Positions 1 to 9,530 of a DNA stretch of 33,853 nucleotides are shown here, one piece after another. A program made the translations under genes and the position numbers. The stretch comes from a bacterium (GTDB lineage Bacteria > Myxococcota_A > Polyangia > HGW-17 > JAJRWW01): NCBI GenBank assembly GCA_043825095.1, contig JBDRSE010000082.1, forward strand, positions 1 to 33,853. The letters run 5' to 3'. Positions within the stretch are counted from its first letter, which is position 1. Each line of letters starts with the position of its first letter. Under the pieces are notes generated by a model. The model made no database searches and was not told where the DNA came from. It saw only the letters and a list, made by a program, of their open reading frames with translations.

Positions 1-162
1 GAACAAGTGGGGGATTCGAGGACCGCTCCGGCGCTTTGCGTTTCGCGACGAGGTCCGTGCTCAGACCGTTGCTTGCTCGCTGCGCTCGCCAGCAAAACTG
101 CGCGCGGACGCTCGTTCGCGAAACCGCGCCTCCGCTCTGGGGTGAAGTGAGCGCAGGAGCGG

Positions 163-2784
163 TTACTGTGCTTTGAAGATGCGGAGCGACCGGGGGGGTA
201 CGTCTTGGGGGTTGCCGCCGGTGACGGTGGTGTCCGAGAGGAGCTCGGTGTAGGTGCCGGCGGGTAAGCCGTTTACCGACGCCGTGGAGTCACCGCGATT
301 CAGGAGGATGTAGATGTCTTCGGTGGGGCCGCAGCCGGTCATGCGGTAGGCGAAGGTGTCGGTTCCGGAGGTGAGGGTTTGGCGGGTGCCTCGGCGGAGC
401 GCGACGTTGTCGCTGCGGATCTGGGTCAGGGTCGTGACGAGGTCGAGGAGCGCGGACTGCTGGGCGTTGAGGCCGGTGAACTGCATCATGCGGCGGTTGT
501 CCGGATCGCCGCCGCCGGCGAGGCCGATTTCGTCCCCGTAGTAGATGAGCGGGATGCCGCGGGTGGTCATCAGGATGCCGAAGGCGAGCCCCAGCCGCTC
601 ATAGGGCACCGGGTCCGTGGGCTGGGGATACGCCGACGGATTCCAGCCGTTGGCGGGGCTCGAACCCTGGTAGCAGTCCGAGATCTGACCGTTGGCGAAG
701 TGGATGGCCCGGGGGATGTCGTGGTTCCCGATCCAGGTGGTCATCAAGGTGCCTGGATTGTAGAAGGTGTCGTTTCCGTCCATCCAGGTGAACAATGAGC
801 TCAGGTCCATGGAGCGTGCGAACAGGGCGTCACAGATCCGCTTGCGGAGGGGGAAGTCGAACTGCCCGTCCAGACGGGTTGACGGATCGATGAAGCTCCG
901 GAGCAGGCCCTGATCGTCGTAGGCATAGGTTTCCCCCACCAGGTAAAATCGCCCGCCCGCCGGGCTGGGGTAGGCGCCGTTCAGCGCCGCGCGCAGATCC
1001 GTGAGCCACTCCATGGGCACGTGTTTGATGGCGTCCAGCCGATATCCGTCGATGCCGTACTCCCGGGCCCACCACAGGGCGTCCGCCACTGACCAGTCCC
1101 GCACGGTGGCCTGATAGTAGTCGAAGGGCGGCAGGTAGTTGGTAAAGGCACAGCGTGTGCCCCAGTAGGGGTCGTCCCAGTTGTTCGGCGGGCAGAGCAC
1201 CGTGTTGCCCAGGTCGTTGGCGAACCAGCCGGTGTGGTTCTGGTACAGGGGCGACTCGACGTCCACGTGGTTCATGACGTAGTCGAAGAGCACGTACATT
1301 CCGGCGGTGTGGGCCGCGTCGATGAGGCTGTGCAGCTCGGCCGCCGTGCCCAGGCGGCTCTCCACCGCGGGCACGGGGGTGGGGTTCTGCGGGTCCGAGT
1401 AGTCGATGTCGGCCGGGGAGGGCCAGTAGCCGTGGTAGGCGGAGTACATGTGCGGATCGCTGGCCGGGTCGATGGCCTCACCGGCGGTGTTACGGTTCTC
1501 GTAGGGCGCAGAGAGCCAGAGGGTGTTCACGCCCAGGTTGGCGAGGTAGCCGAGCTGGGCTTCGGCGCCGGCCCAGTCGCCGCCCTGGTACTGCGCCGCA
1601 AAGTCGTTCACTCCGGGAACCGGGTCGTTCGCTCCATCTCCATCGGCGAAGCGGTCCACCATCACGAAGTACAGGACGGCGTCCTCCCACTGGAACACCG
1701 TCGGGTCGCCGCACTCGTTCCCGGGTGGACAGTCGTTCGGGCAACTCGCCGTGGTTTCGCCGGCTTCGCAGACGCCGTCGTCGTCGCAGGTGGCCGACGG
1801 GCAGTCGTCGGGGCAGGTGGTCGTGGATTCGTTCGCGTCGCAGGTCCCGTCGTGGTTGCACGCCACCGCGGATCCGCCGAAGGTGATCACCGCGACCTGG
1901 CTCACGGTCGTGGGGTCGGCCGGGTCGTCCGCGGGCAGGGTCTGGTTGGCGAGGAACCGGCCGTCCTCGTTGACCAGGCGGGCGAAGATCCCGAGCTGTC
2001 GGCCCGCCGGTGGTGGACCGCCGAAGAGCTCGGAGAGGGGGATCGCGGCTTCGAAGCCGGACGTGCCCGACTGCAGGGCGCCGTCGATCCAGGGGAAGTC
2101 GGCCGCGTCCAGGGCGATATTCCGCCAGCCCGCCTCGTCGGTCATGGCGTCCCCCGCCGTGCTGGCCATGCCCTTGGTGCCCACGCCCCAGTCGGCGCGG
2201 AAGCTGGTGTCGGTGACCGTCAGGTCGGCGCTGAGGCAGTTGTCCAGAGCGCCGTCGTTGTCCGTGGCAGCGGCGATGGATTGCAGCCCCTGGCTCGACG
2301 CGCCGTAGTCGGTGTCCACGTAGACCACGAGCGCGTTCTGAGACTCCACGAAGCCCACCACACCGAGGTACAGGTGCGTGTCGTCGTAGGCGACGTAGAG
2401 CGCGGTCATCACGTTGGCGCCCCAGTCCGTGGCGGTGGAGTTGGTGCCGACCCGCTGGTCAGCGGTCCAGTCGCCGATGCCCTCGGACACATTTCCGTCG
2501 ATGGTCGGGGTGCCGAAGAAGGGGTCCGCGTCCAGCACGCACTCGTCCCCTGCCGGCGCGTAGCCGAGGTCACAGTCACCGCAGGTATCCCCGGTGTAGC
2601 CGGTGTCACACTCGCAGTACGCCACGTCGCCGATCTCGGTGCAGCTGCCGTGGGCGCCGCAATCGAGGTCGTCGCAAGAGGCCCCGGAGTCGTCGTCGCC
2701 GCAGCCCATGAGCAGGCCGAGGCAGAGCAGCACGGCGACAGCGCCGCCGCCCGTCCGAAAAGGTGGGAGGGTTCGGTTGTACAT
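163..2784 (-). CDS. GH13 alpha-amylase family glycoside hydrolase, lipoprotein, with N-terminal Cys-rich EGF-like and CBM-like modules
   Basis: All four GH13 catalytic regions are present: LFDYVMNHV (region I), GYRLDAIKHVP (region II), FYLVGETY (region III) and IGNHD (region IV). The track ORF starts at 2904, but the likely start is the ATG at 2784. That ATG is preceded by GGAG and gives the signal peptide MYNRTLPPF...LLCLGLLMGCGDDD with an LMGC lipobox. Stop is TAA at 163-165. Confidence 0.85.
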   Translation of the reverse strand: MYNRTLPPFRTGGGAVAVLLCLGLLMGCGDDDSGASCDDLDCGAHGSCTEIGDVAYCECDTGYTGDTCGDCDLGYAPAGDECVLDADPFFGTPTIDGNVSEGIGDWTADQRVGTNSTATDWGANVMTALYVAYDDTHLYLGVVGFVESQNALVVYVDTDYGASSQGLQSIAAATDNDGALDNCLSADLTVTDTSFRADWGVGTKGMASTAGDAMTDEAGWRNIALDAADFPWIDGALQSGTSGFEAAIPLSELFGGPPPAGRQLGIFARLVNEDGRFLANQTLPADDPADPTTVSQVAVITFGGSAVACNHDGTCDANESTTTCPDDCPSATCDDDGVCEAGETTASCPNDCPPGNECGDPTVFQWEDAVLYFVMVDRFADGDGANDPVPGVNDFAAQYQGGDWAGAEAQLGYLANLGVNTLWLSAPYENRNTAGEAIDPASDPHMYSAYHGYWPSPADIDYSDPQNPTPVPAVESRLGTAAELHSLIDAAHTAGMYVLFDYVMNHVDVESPLYQNHTGWFANDLGNTVLCPPNNWDDPYWGTRCAFTNYLPPFDYYQATVRDWSVADALWWAREYGIDGYRLDAIKHVPMEWLTDLRAALNGAYPSPAGGRFYLVGETYAYDDQGLLRSFIDPSTRLDGQFDFPLRKRICDALFARSMDLSSLFTWMDGNDTFYNPGTLMTTWIGNHDIPRAIHFANGQISDCYQGSSPANGWNPSAYPQPTDPVPYERLGLAFGILMTTRGIPLIYYGDEIGLAGGGDPDNRRMMQFTGLNAQQSALLDLVTTLTQIRSDNVALRRGTRQTLTSGTDTFAYRMTGCGPTEDIYILLNRGDSTASVNGLPAGTYTELLSDTTVTGGNPQDVPPRSLRIFKAQ

Positions 2785-2902
2785 CGTGTCTTCTCCGCTG
2801 GTGACGGAGCGATCATAACGTAGGCGTCTCGCTCTCGCCAGCCTGTCGACCGCAACCTCCCGCTGGCCTTCCCAGGCCGTCGCCGCTATCATCGCTCGCG
2901 TC

Positions 2903-3859
2903 ATGACAGAGAAGCTGAATTTCGAGGAGTGGGTTGGGCTCCAGCAGGAGCCCCAGGAGCCTTCGCGTCGGCCCCATTGGAGCTACCGGGAGGTGTGGCA
3001 GCGGCTGGCCACGATCCTCGGGGATCACCGGGAGGTCGTCGGGATCCGCTCCTACGGAGCCAGTGTGCGAGGCGAGCCCCTGTGGCGCTTGAAGGTGTCC
3101 CACCCGGGGGCGCTGGGACCGCCGGTGCTGGTGATCGCCAACCTGCACGCCATGGAGCACGTAGGCGTGGTCACCGCGGTCCGGCTCGTGGAGCGGGCCG
3201 CGCAGGGGCTCTACGGCTGGAAGCACCGTCCGCTCTGCGTGGTCCCCGTCGCCAACCCCGACGGATTTCTCGCGGCTGAGCAAGCCTTGGCCCTGGGTCA
3301 GCGACGTTTCGTGCGCAAGAACGACCACGGCGTGGACCTCAACCGCAACTTCGGCGTGCACTGGGACCAGCAGTACTATCTGAATCGCGCGCTGAAGCGC
3401 TTCTTCGCGCCGGGCCCCGCTCCGCTGTCCGAGCCCGAGGCGGCGGCCTTGGACGCGCTCGCCGCGCGGGAAGCGCCCGGCTTCGTCGCGTCGCTGCACG
3501 CCTTTGGCGAGTGGATCTACACCCCCTGGGCTGGCAACCGGGAGCGCCCCCAAGACTTCAACGCCATGCATGCCATCGCCGCGGCCATGGCCGACCGCCA
3601 GCCCGGGCGGCGCTACCGGGTGCTACAGCTCGCCCGGCGGAGCCGACTGTTCGCCGCTTGCGGCGCGGAGATCGACCACTTTTACGAGCGCCACGACGCC
3701 TACTCGTTCCTGTTCGAGATCGGCTACGGCCCGCGCCTCCGGGAGCCCTCGGGCTGGCTCCACCCCTATCGCTGGTTCAGCCCCCGCGCCGCCCGCCTCG
3801 AGGCGGACGTGGAGAACGTGCTCCCCGCGCTGGACTATCTGGCTGTGGCGGAGCGCTAG
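2903..3859 (+). CDS. M14 family zinc carboxypeptidase (MpaA/cytosolic carboxypeptidase-like), no signal peptide
   Basis: M14 zinc ligands and motifs are present: HAMEH (HxxE), NPDGF, DLNRNF and SLHAFGEWIYTPW (third His). It is divergent from the amylase gene with a 118-bp spacer. Its stop overlaps the stop of the convergent downstream gene (CTAG at 3856-3859). Confidence 0.8.
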   Translation: MTEKLNFEEWVGLQQEPQEPSRRPHWSYREVWQRLATILGDHREVVGIRSYGASVRGEPLWRLKVSHPGALGPPVLVIANLHAMEHVGVVTAVRLVERAAQGLYGWKHRPLCVVPVANPDGFLAAEQALALGQRRFVRKNDHGVDLNRNFGVHWDQQYYLNRALKRFFAPGPAPLSEPEAAALDALAAREAPGFVASLHAFGEWIYTPWAGNRERPQDFNAMHAIAAAMADRQPGRRYRVLQLARRSRLFAACGAEIDHFYERHDAYSFLFEIGYGPRLREPSGWLHPYRWFSPRAARLEADVENVLPALDYLAVAER

Positions 3860-6162
3860 TAATCGTAGCGCCACGTAGCGGTGTTCCAGGTGCCGCCCGT
3901 GTCGACCTGCGCGCCGCCGAACAGGATCGCGCTGCCGGTGCCGATCCCGGCGATGCCGTAGGAGAAGATGGGGGAAGGCGGCCCGGTGGGGCTCATGTTC
4001 GTCCAGGTCTGGGCGGACACGCTGTAGACCCACGTGCCGGCGATGGGGTCCGACGCGTAGTCGTCCTTGCCGCTGAACAGCAGCACGAGCCCGCTGTCCA
4101 GGTACACCATGCTGTGGGCCATGCGCGGGCCCGGTGTGGCGGCAGGTGCGATTTGGGTCCAGGTGGAGGTGGCCACGCTGTACTCCCAGGTGTCGGTCAG
4201 CACGGAATAGGTCCCCAGATCCACGCCGCCGTGCAGGATGACGTTGTTGTTGCCGCCGAAGGCCATTCCGTGGCCGTGCCGCATGGGCGGCGTGCCGGTC
4301 GTGGTGAGCTGGGTCCAGGTGTTGGCGGCCACGTCGTACTCCCAGGTGTCAGAGTACGCGGTGCCCCAGTCGTCCCGGCCTCCATACAGGATGACGAGGT
4401 CGCCTCCGATGTAGACCAGCCTGTGCTTGAACCGGATCGCGGGAGCGTTCGCGGGAGTGAGCTGGGTCCAGGTGTTGGCAGCCACGTCGTACTCCCAGGT
4501 GTCGCCCAGCGCGGTGCCCCAGTCGTCCTTGCCGCCGAACAGGATCACAGTATCTCCGCCGACGTAAACCATATCCTGCGCGTCTCGCAGTCCGGGGTTC
4601 GCGACAGGGGAGAGCTGCGTCCAGGTGGAGGTTCCGATGTCGAACTGCCAGGTTTCGGACAGATAGTCCGAGTAGGCGTCCTTGCCGCCGAACAGGATGA
4701 GCGTGTTGTTGCCCACGTGCACGAGGGAGTGGTTGAATCGAGCGTTGGGCAGCCCCGTGGCGCCCAGGTTGGTCCAGGTGTTCGTGGGCTGCGCGGCGCC
4801 GGTTCCCTGGGCGGTGAGGGTGTACGTGCCCTCGTCGGGGTCGTCGCTCAGGATGGTCAACTCCACCGACTTGGCGCCGAGGCTCTGGGGATCGAAGGTG
4901 AGGTCAAAGGTGGTGGAACCGCTCGCGGGCACGGTCAGCACCATGGCTCCGGTGTCCAGGGTGAAATCGCTCGCGTTCCCACTGGTGATCGCGACGCTCG
5001 TCAGGGTGAGGGCGAGGTTGCCCGTGTTTTCGATGACGAAGGTGTGCAGGCGCGGCGCGCCGCCCACGACCACCTGGCCGTAGCTGTAGACGCCCGACCC
5101 GTCTGGCAGGTCGTTCACGCCGTCGGTCACGTTGATGTCCTGGGCCAGACACACGTCATTCGTCTCGTCGCAGCCGAAGGGCACGCAGGGATCCCCCGGG
5201 TGTACCGAGCACGTCCCGCCTGAGCAGGTGTCCGGACCGTTGCAGAACGTGCCGTCGTTGCAGGCGGCGCCGTCGTTGTTCGTCCAGGCGGTGGTCGAGG
5301 CGGAGACGTTGCAGACTTCGCATTCGTTGCTCGGGTTCGGCGAGGCGTCGACGTAGCAGGTGCCGCCGATGGAGCAGCCCGGGCACACGCACTGCTCGCC
5401 CCCCTCGTCGCAGGTCTCCGGGGCGGTGCAGGGGTCCCCGGTGTGCGCGCCGCAGGCCCCCCCGGAGCAGGTGTCGGTGCCGTTGCAGTAAGTGCCGTCG
5501 TCGCAGGCGGCGCCGTCGTCGTCGGTCCAGGTCGCGTCTTCGGTCGCCTGGTCACACACCTGGCACCCGTTGTTCGGATTCACCGTGCCATCCAAGATAC
5601 ACTCGCCGGCGATCCGACAGCCGGGGCAGGTGCAGAACGAGGTCTCGTCACAGCTCTCGTTCGCGGTGCAGGGATTTCCGCTGTGCTGGGAGCACGCGCC
5701 GGCCGCGCAGGTGTCGGCGCCGTTACAGTAGGAGCCGTCGTCGCACCCCGCGCCGTCGTTGTCGGTCCAGGCGTCTGTGGACGACTCCGGCTTGCAGGTC
5801 TGGCACTGGTTGGCCGGGTTCCGGATGCCGCTGTCGAAGCAGGTGGGTCCGATGCGGCAGCCGGCGCAGTTTTCGCAGAAGTCGTTCACGCTGCAGCTCG
5901 GGTCTTCGCAGTCGATGAAGCCGTCATTGTCGTTGTCGATCCCGTCGCTGCACTGCATGGCCAGGGTTTCCTGGTTCGCCGCGCACCAGGACTGCACTAG
6001 GCAGTCGGGATCGTTACAGTCGATGAGGCCGTCGCCGTCGTTGTCCAGGCCGTCCTGACAGGACAGGGAGCCGTTCTCGGGCGTTGCGCCATCGTCGTCG
6101 CCGCAGGCCGATCCCTGCAGGAGAAACAGTGCGCCGATGAGAGTGATCGCTTTAAACCTCAC
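3856..6162 (-). CDS. Secreted multi-domain protein with Asp-rich Cys repeats, three ~50-aa eight-Cys repeats, an Ig-like domain and a C-terminal six-bladed Kelch beta-propeller
   Basis: The track ORF (3856..7542) is over-extended. Its first ~460 aa are the antisense shadow of the 6328..7701 gene. The real start is probably the GTG at 6162, preceded by GGAGG with a 5-nt spacer, giving VRFKAITLIGALFLLQGSAC (signal peptide). After that come 2x C.DG.DNDGDG.IDC.DP.C repeats. Three repeats of the form CxGCRIG.TC...NP.N.CQ.C...AWTD.DGA.CDDG.YCNG.DTC..G.C..H.G.PC follow, recalled as the myxobacterial Cys-rich repeat type (TIGR02232-like). The segment DINVTDG...TLTAQGTG is choice-of-anchor-D/HYDIN-like. 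Six Kelch units of the form LILFGGKD....TW.YD...TWTQL close the protein. Confidence 0.75.
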   Translation of the reverse strand: MRFKAITLIGALFLLQGSACGDDDGATPENGSLSCQDGLDNDGDGLIDCNDPDCLVQSWCAANQETLAMQCSDGIDNDNDGFIDCEDPSCSVNDFCENCAGCRIGPTCFDSGIRNPANQCQTCKPESSTDAWTDNDGAGCDDGSYCNGADTCAAGACSQHSGNPCTANESCDETSFCTCPGCRIAGECILDGTVNPNNGCQVCDQATEDATWTDDDGAACDDGTYCNGTDTCSGGACGAHTGDPCTAPETCDEGGEQCVCPGCSIGGTCYVDASPNPSNECEVCNVSASTTAWTNNDGAACNDGTFCNGPDTCSGGTCSVHPGDPCVPFGCDETNDVCLAQDINVTDGVNDLPDGSGVYSYGQVVVGGAPRLHTFVIENTGNLALTLTSVAITSGNASDFTLDTGAMVLTVPASGSTTFDLTFDPQSLGAKSVELTILSDDPDEGTYTLTAQGTGAAQPTNTWTNLGATGLPNARFNHSLVHVGNNTLILFGGKDAYSDYLSETWQFDIGTSTWTQLSPVANPGLRDAQDMVYVGGDTVILFGGKDDWGTALGDTWEYDVAANTWTQLTPANAPAIRFKHRLVYIGGDLVILYGGRDDWGTAYSDTWEYDVAANTWTQLTTTGTPPMRHGHGMAFGGNNNVILHGGVDLGTYSVLTDTWEYSVATSTWTQIAPAATPGPRMAHSMVYLDSGLVLLFSGKDDYASDPIAGTWVYSVSAQTWTNMSPTGPPSPIFSYGIAGIGTGSAILFGGAQVDTGGTWNTATWRYDY

Positions 6163-6327
6163 GGTTGCCTCCAGGCAGTCAATGGGTGCCGTGAGAGAAG
6201 TATCGCGTGCGCGCCGGTGGCGGTCAAGCGGCGGCCGGAAGCGGCAGCCGGCGGCGCCGGCAGCTGCCATGGGCGCAGCCATGGGGATGGATCGCCAGTG
6301 GGGTTGAGCAAAACGCGGGAAACCGGG

Positions 6328-7701
6328 ATGATGAGGGCTATGAGACGAGCACTGAGAATCTGGTCCCTGTTGGCGCTGAGCGTCGTCCTCGGCGCGGCGG
6401 CGTGCGGCGATGACGACGGTGGTGGGGGGGGGGACGGTGGTGGGGGGGCGGACGGGGGGCTGCCGGACGCGGGGCAAGTGCAGCCCGTGGAGGGGTGGCC
6501 CGAGCCGAACGAGTGGTCCTGGGACGGGAGCTGGACGCCGGGGGAAGGGGCCTTCCCGCTGGACGGGATGTTCGACGACGAGTACTTCGATGGGCACCCG
6601 GACGGGAACGGACAGCCGACACCGATCCTGCCGCCGGGCGAGTGGGACTGGGACGACGGAAATGACGACCTGGCCAACTGGCGCAACTTCGAAACCAACC
6701 TGGGGACCTTCGACCCGCTGCTGGACGGGCAGGGGCGGCAGTACGGCTGGCGGCTGATGGGGAACACCCCGGACGCGGTGGACTTCTCCGGGGCGGCGGC
6801 CTACTTCGAGGGCTCGTCGGGGGCCGACATCGTGGATCTCGGCGTGGGGGGCGCGCTGCACAGCTACGGCGACGGGAACCTCGGGGACGGGCCGGACGTG
6901 TTGGTGTTCCAGCAGAGCTGGGCGCTGGACTTCCGCACGGGCTCCACCGCGACGGGGGCGCTTCGGGACAACGACCTGGTGGTGGCGGGGTGCGGGGAGA
7001 ACCCGGACGGCAGCTTCGACGTGGAAACCACGACGATTCACACCGGGCCGGGGCGCGATTGGGTGTTCGTGCGGGACCTCTCCCGGGCGGCGGTGGATCT
7101 CGGCAACGGGGGAGACGGTCGGACCGACGCCACGGACGGCCAGGACGGGGACGACCTCGTGGTGCTGCGGGGCAACACCCACGACTTCCGGGTGTTCGGC
7201 GGCTTTGGCAACGACCTGGCGATCTGGTTCGTGGACGACAACGTGCAGACCACCACCTGGCTCGGGCCCAACTTCTTCGGCGGCGGGGGCCATGGTGACG
7301 CGCTCTGGGACGATCCCGGCGTGGACCGGCTGGTGCTGGCGGTCCCTGACGACACGACCCTGGTGACCGCGACCCCGACGCCCCCGGGGGGGCTCCTCGT
7401 GCGGGCCACAGACGGGGAGCTCATCCTCGACGATCCCACCCAGGGAGACGTATACGCCCGGTACTGCGTGGAGTGCGGCACCGGCCCCGGTGGCCGCAAG
7501 ACGGTCATCCTCGAGTACGTCTCCGCGGACGAGTCCATCCACACCGGGTACTTCTACGTGACCGCCTTCGAGCAGCTCCAGGTGGGCGTGGGGCCGGGCG
7601 CGCGGGTCTTCCTCCTCGACGACGTCACCGGCACGGCCGTAGAGGCACCGGGCGAAGATCCCGTGATTCCCCCAGACTGGCCGACCGAATACTGTCCTTG
7701 A
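6328..7701 (+). CDS. Hypothetical lipoprotein with Gly/Asp-rich degenerate RTX/beta-roll-like calcium-binding repeats
   Basis: The ATG at 6328 gives MMRAMRRALRIWSLLALSVVLGAAACGDDDGG (signal peptide plus Cys). Motifs GDGNLGDGPDVLVF, GGDGRTDATDGQDGDDLVVLRG, GGFGNDLAIWFVDD and GGGGHGDALWDD resemble GGxGxD nonapeptide repeats. The 37 codons upstream of 6328 (from the track start at 6217) lack coding character. It is divergent from the Kelch gene with a 165-bp spacer. Confidence 0.6.
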   Translation: MMRAMRRALRIWSLLALSVVLGAAACGDDDGGGGGDGGGGADGGLPDAGQVQPVEGWPEPNEWSWDGSWTPGEGAFPLDGMFDDEYFDGHPDGNGQPTPILPPGEWDWDDGNDDLANWRNFETNLGTFDPLLDGQGRQYGWRLMGNTPDAVDFSGAAAYFEGSSGADIVDLGVGGALHSYGDGNLGDGPDVLVFQQSWALDFRTGSTATGALRDNDLVVAGCGENPDGSFDVETTTIHTGPGRDWVFVRDLSRAAVDLGNGGDGRTDATDGQDGDDLVVLRGNTHDFRVFGGFGNDLAIWFVDDNVQTTTWLGPNFFGGGGHGDALWDDPGVDRLVLAVPDDTTLVTATPTPPGGLLVRATDGELILDDPTQGDVYARYCVECGTGPGGRKTVILEYVSADESIHTGYFYVTAFEQLQVGVGPGARVFLLDDVTGTAVEAPGEDPVIPPDWPTEYCP

Positions 7702-7712
7702 TTCCGGTTCGT

Positions 7713-9239
7713 CTACAGGGATTGCACAAAGCCGTGGAAGTGGCGGAACTGAGCCAGCAGCATGGTGAAGGCGCTGACGGGGTGGGGCTGCTCCCGGATC
7801 GTTTGCTTGACGCTCTTGAAGAACGCGCGCCGCGCGTCAGCCTCCACGTCTCCAAGGGTGGCGCGCAGCAACGAGAAGATACGGACCATGAGGTCGAGGT
7901 CGTCGGGCGCCATGGCCCTGTGGGGCGACTGGTACTCCACCAGCGTGAACCAGTCCCGTAGGCGACGTCCGAAACGGGCCGGCTCGTAGAGCTCCCGCAT
8001 GAGCCGCCGGTAGGAACCGATCAACGTTTCCCGGGACATCTGCTTGGGCACGATGTTGGTGTGCAGCTGCCACTCGCCGTGGAAGTCGTCCTCGATCAGA
8101 CGCCCCTCCGCCTGCAACCGCTCGTGGAGCGGCGTGCCGAAGGGCGCGTTGAGTAGGCTGACGGCCACCGTGGGCGTGCGGGTCTCCTCGATGAACGCAG
8201 CGAGCTCCTCGAAGGTCTGCTCGTCGTCATGGTCGAAGCCGACGATCATGCCCAGGAACGGGATGATGCCGTAACGGCTGATGCGGCGCACGCGCCGGGC
8301 CGGGTCCTGACGCACGTTGTGGTGCTTGCCGACCTCCTCCAGGCAGTTGTCCCGAATGGACTCCAGCCCCAGGAAGAAGCTGAGGAAGCGGGCGTCGGCA
8401 AAAGCCTGCAGCAGCTCTTCGTCATCGGCTACGTCCATGCTGATCTGCGCGGTGAACAGCACCGGCTCTTCCTTTGCGGTGTTCCACTCGACGATCGCCG
8501 CCAACAGCTCCCGCGTGTAGGGCCGGCTGGCGAGCAGGTTGTCGTCGGCGATGAACACGGCCCGGCTGCCCCGGGCGTGTGCCTCCTCGAGCTCGGCCAT
8601 TACGTGCGGTATGGGCTTGGTCCGCACCTTGCGCCCCACCACCTGGATGACGTCACAGAAGTCGCACTGGTGGGGGCACCCCCGCGTGGTCTGAACGGCC
8701 AGGTTGACATAGTCGGCAGGGTCCACGAGGGACCAGTCGGGGCGCGGGCTCTCGGCGAGGTCCACCCGCTCCGGCTCCTCGTACCGGGGGGCGGCCTCGC
8801 CCGCGAGCCACTCGCGCAGGAAGCGGGGCCAGGTGCGCTCCGCCTCGCCGACGAAGAGGTGCTGGCACAGGGGCGCGCACAGGTCCGGCCGGATGGAGGC
8901 GTAGGTGCCGCCCAGCGCGATGGGGATGGATCGCGCGGCGAAGCGCTCGCACAGCTCGCGGATCCGGCCCGCGTGCAGGGTGGAGCCCGTAATCGCCACC
9001 AGGTCGCACGCCACGCCGCCGTCGAGGGCCGTGACGTTTTCGTCGCACATCAGGTAGCGCACATCCGCGTCCGGCGGCGTCAGCGCCATCAGCGTCTGCA
9101 GGGCCAGGTTGGGAATCAGCGCCTTGCCCCCGAGGATCTCCAGGGCGCCGTCCAGGGTCCAGAAGTTCCGGGGATGGCGCGGCGCCACCAGCAGGATGGT
9201 CTTCTTGCTCTCGCCGGTGCCGTACTCTTTGCTGCGCAT
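7713..9239 (-). CDS. B12-binding domain-containing radical SAM protein (class B rSAM with DUF4070-type C-terminal domain)
   Basis: N-terminal cobalamin-binding Rossmann-like region (KKTILLVAPRHPRNF...) is present. The rSAM cluster GCPHQCDFCD (CxxxCxxC) is present. The conserved C-terminal region resembles the DUF4070 family (from memory). The likely start is the ATG at 9239 (MRSKEYGTGESKKTILL). The track start at 9464 adds 75 low-quality residues. Start choice is uncertain. Confidence 0.85.
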   Translation of the reverse strand: MRSKEYGTGESKKTILLVAPRHPRNFWTLDGALEILGGKALIPNLALQTLMALTPPDADVRYLMCDENVTALDGGVACDLVAITGSTLHAGRIRELCERFAARSIPIALGGTYASIRPDLCAPLCQHLFVGEAERTWPRFLREWLAGEAAPRYEEPERVDLAESPRPDWSLVDPADYVNLAVQTTRGCPHQCDFCDVIQVVGRKVRTKPIPHVMAELEEAHARGSRAVFIADDNLLASRPYTRELLAAIVEWNTAKEEPVLFTAQISMDVADDEELLQAFADARFLSFFLGLESIRDNCLEEVGKHHNVRQDPARRVRRISRYGIIPFLGMIVGFDHDDEQTFEELAAFIEETRTPTVAVSLLNAPFGTPLHERLQAEGRLIEDDFHGEWQLHTNIVPKQMSRETLIGSYRRLMRELYEPARFGRRLRDWFTLVEYQSPHRAMAPDDLDLMVRIFSLLRATLGDVEADARRAFFKSVKQTIREQPHPVSAFTMLLAQFRHFHGFVQSL

Positions 9240-9502
9240 CGCGTGAATCCGGGCTCCGATGCTACCCGGGGCGCGAAGCCGGGTCAATCGGCCCGCGCGC
9301 GTGGGTGCCGATCCGCGGAGGGACCTCGGTGCGGATCCCGGTTTTTCGGGATTCCGCGTACTTGGGCTCCGCGGCGCGTCTCGTCGGCGAATCGTGGTGC
9401 GACGTTCATCCTTCTCCCCCAGGGGGCTGACAAGCTCCGGACATCGAGCGTGGGGCGCGGGCACATGCGTCGGGTGATGCGGCCAACGTCGGGGCGTGCC
9501 GG

Positions 9503-9530
9503 TGTTTTTCTTTTATTGCGAAGATAGAAT
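9503..9530 (+). promoter_or_regulatory. AT-rich promoter-like patch with -10-like TAGAAT (9525-9530) in an otherwise ~68% GC region
   Basis: The sequence gtgtttttcttttattgcgaagatagaat is a conspicuous AT island in the 760-bp divergent intergenic region. The -35 is weak (GTGTTT/TGTTTT). It lies upstream of the 51-bp repeats and the 10001 gene. Confidence 0.25.

Noticed and set aside
1234-2823. 529-aa plus-strand ORF
   Set aside because: It is antisense to the amylase gene. The translation is V/G/R/A low-complexity with no motifs.
3511-5223. 570-aa plus-strand ORF
   Set aside because: It is the antisense shadow of the Kelch-repeat gene. The translation is Gly/Ala/Arg/Val-rich low-complexity without motifs. 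Such open antisense frames are expected at 68% GC.
6159-6767. 202-aa minus-strand ORF
   Set aside because: It is a Pro/Ser-rich alternative frame overlapping the real divergent promoter region and the lipoprotein gene start.
6163-7542. N-terminal 460 aa of the 1228-aa minus-strand ORF
   Set aside because: It is the antisense of the 6328..7701 lipoprotein gene. The real minus gene has a signal peptide starting at the GTG at 6162 with a GGAGG RBS.
8229-9527. 432-aa plus-strand ORF
   Set aside because: It is antisense to the B12-radical-SAM gene, with no motifs and Arg/Ala/Gly-rich composition.
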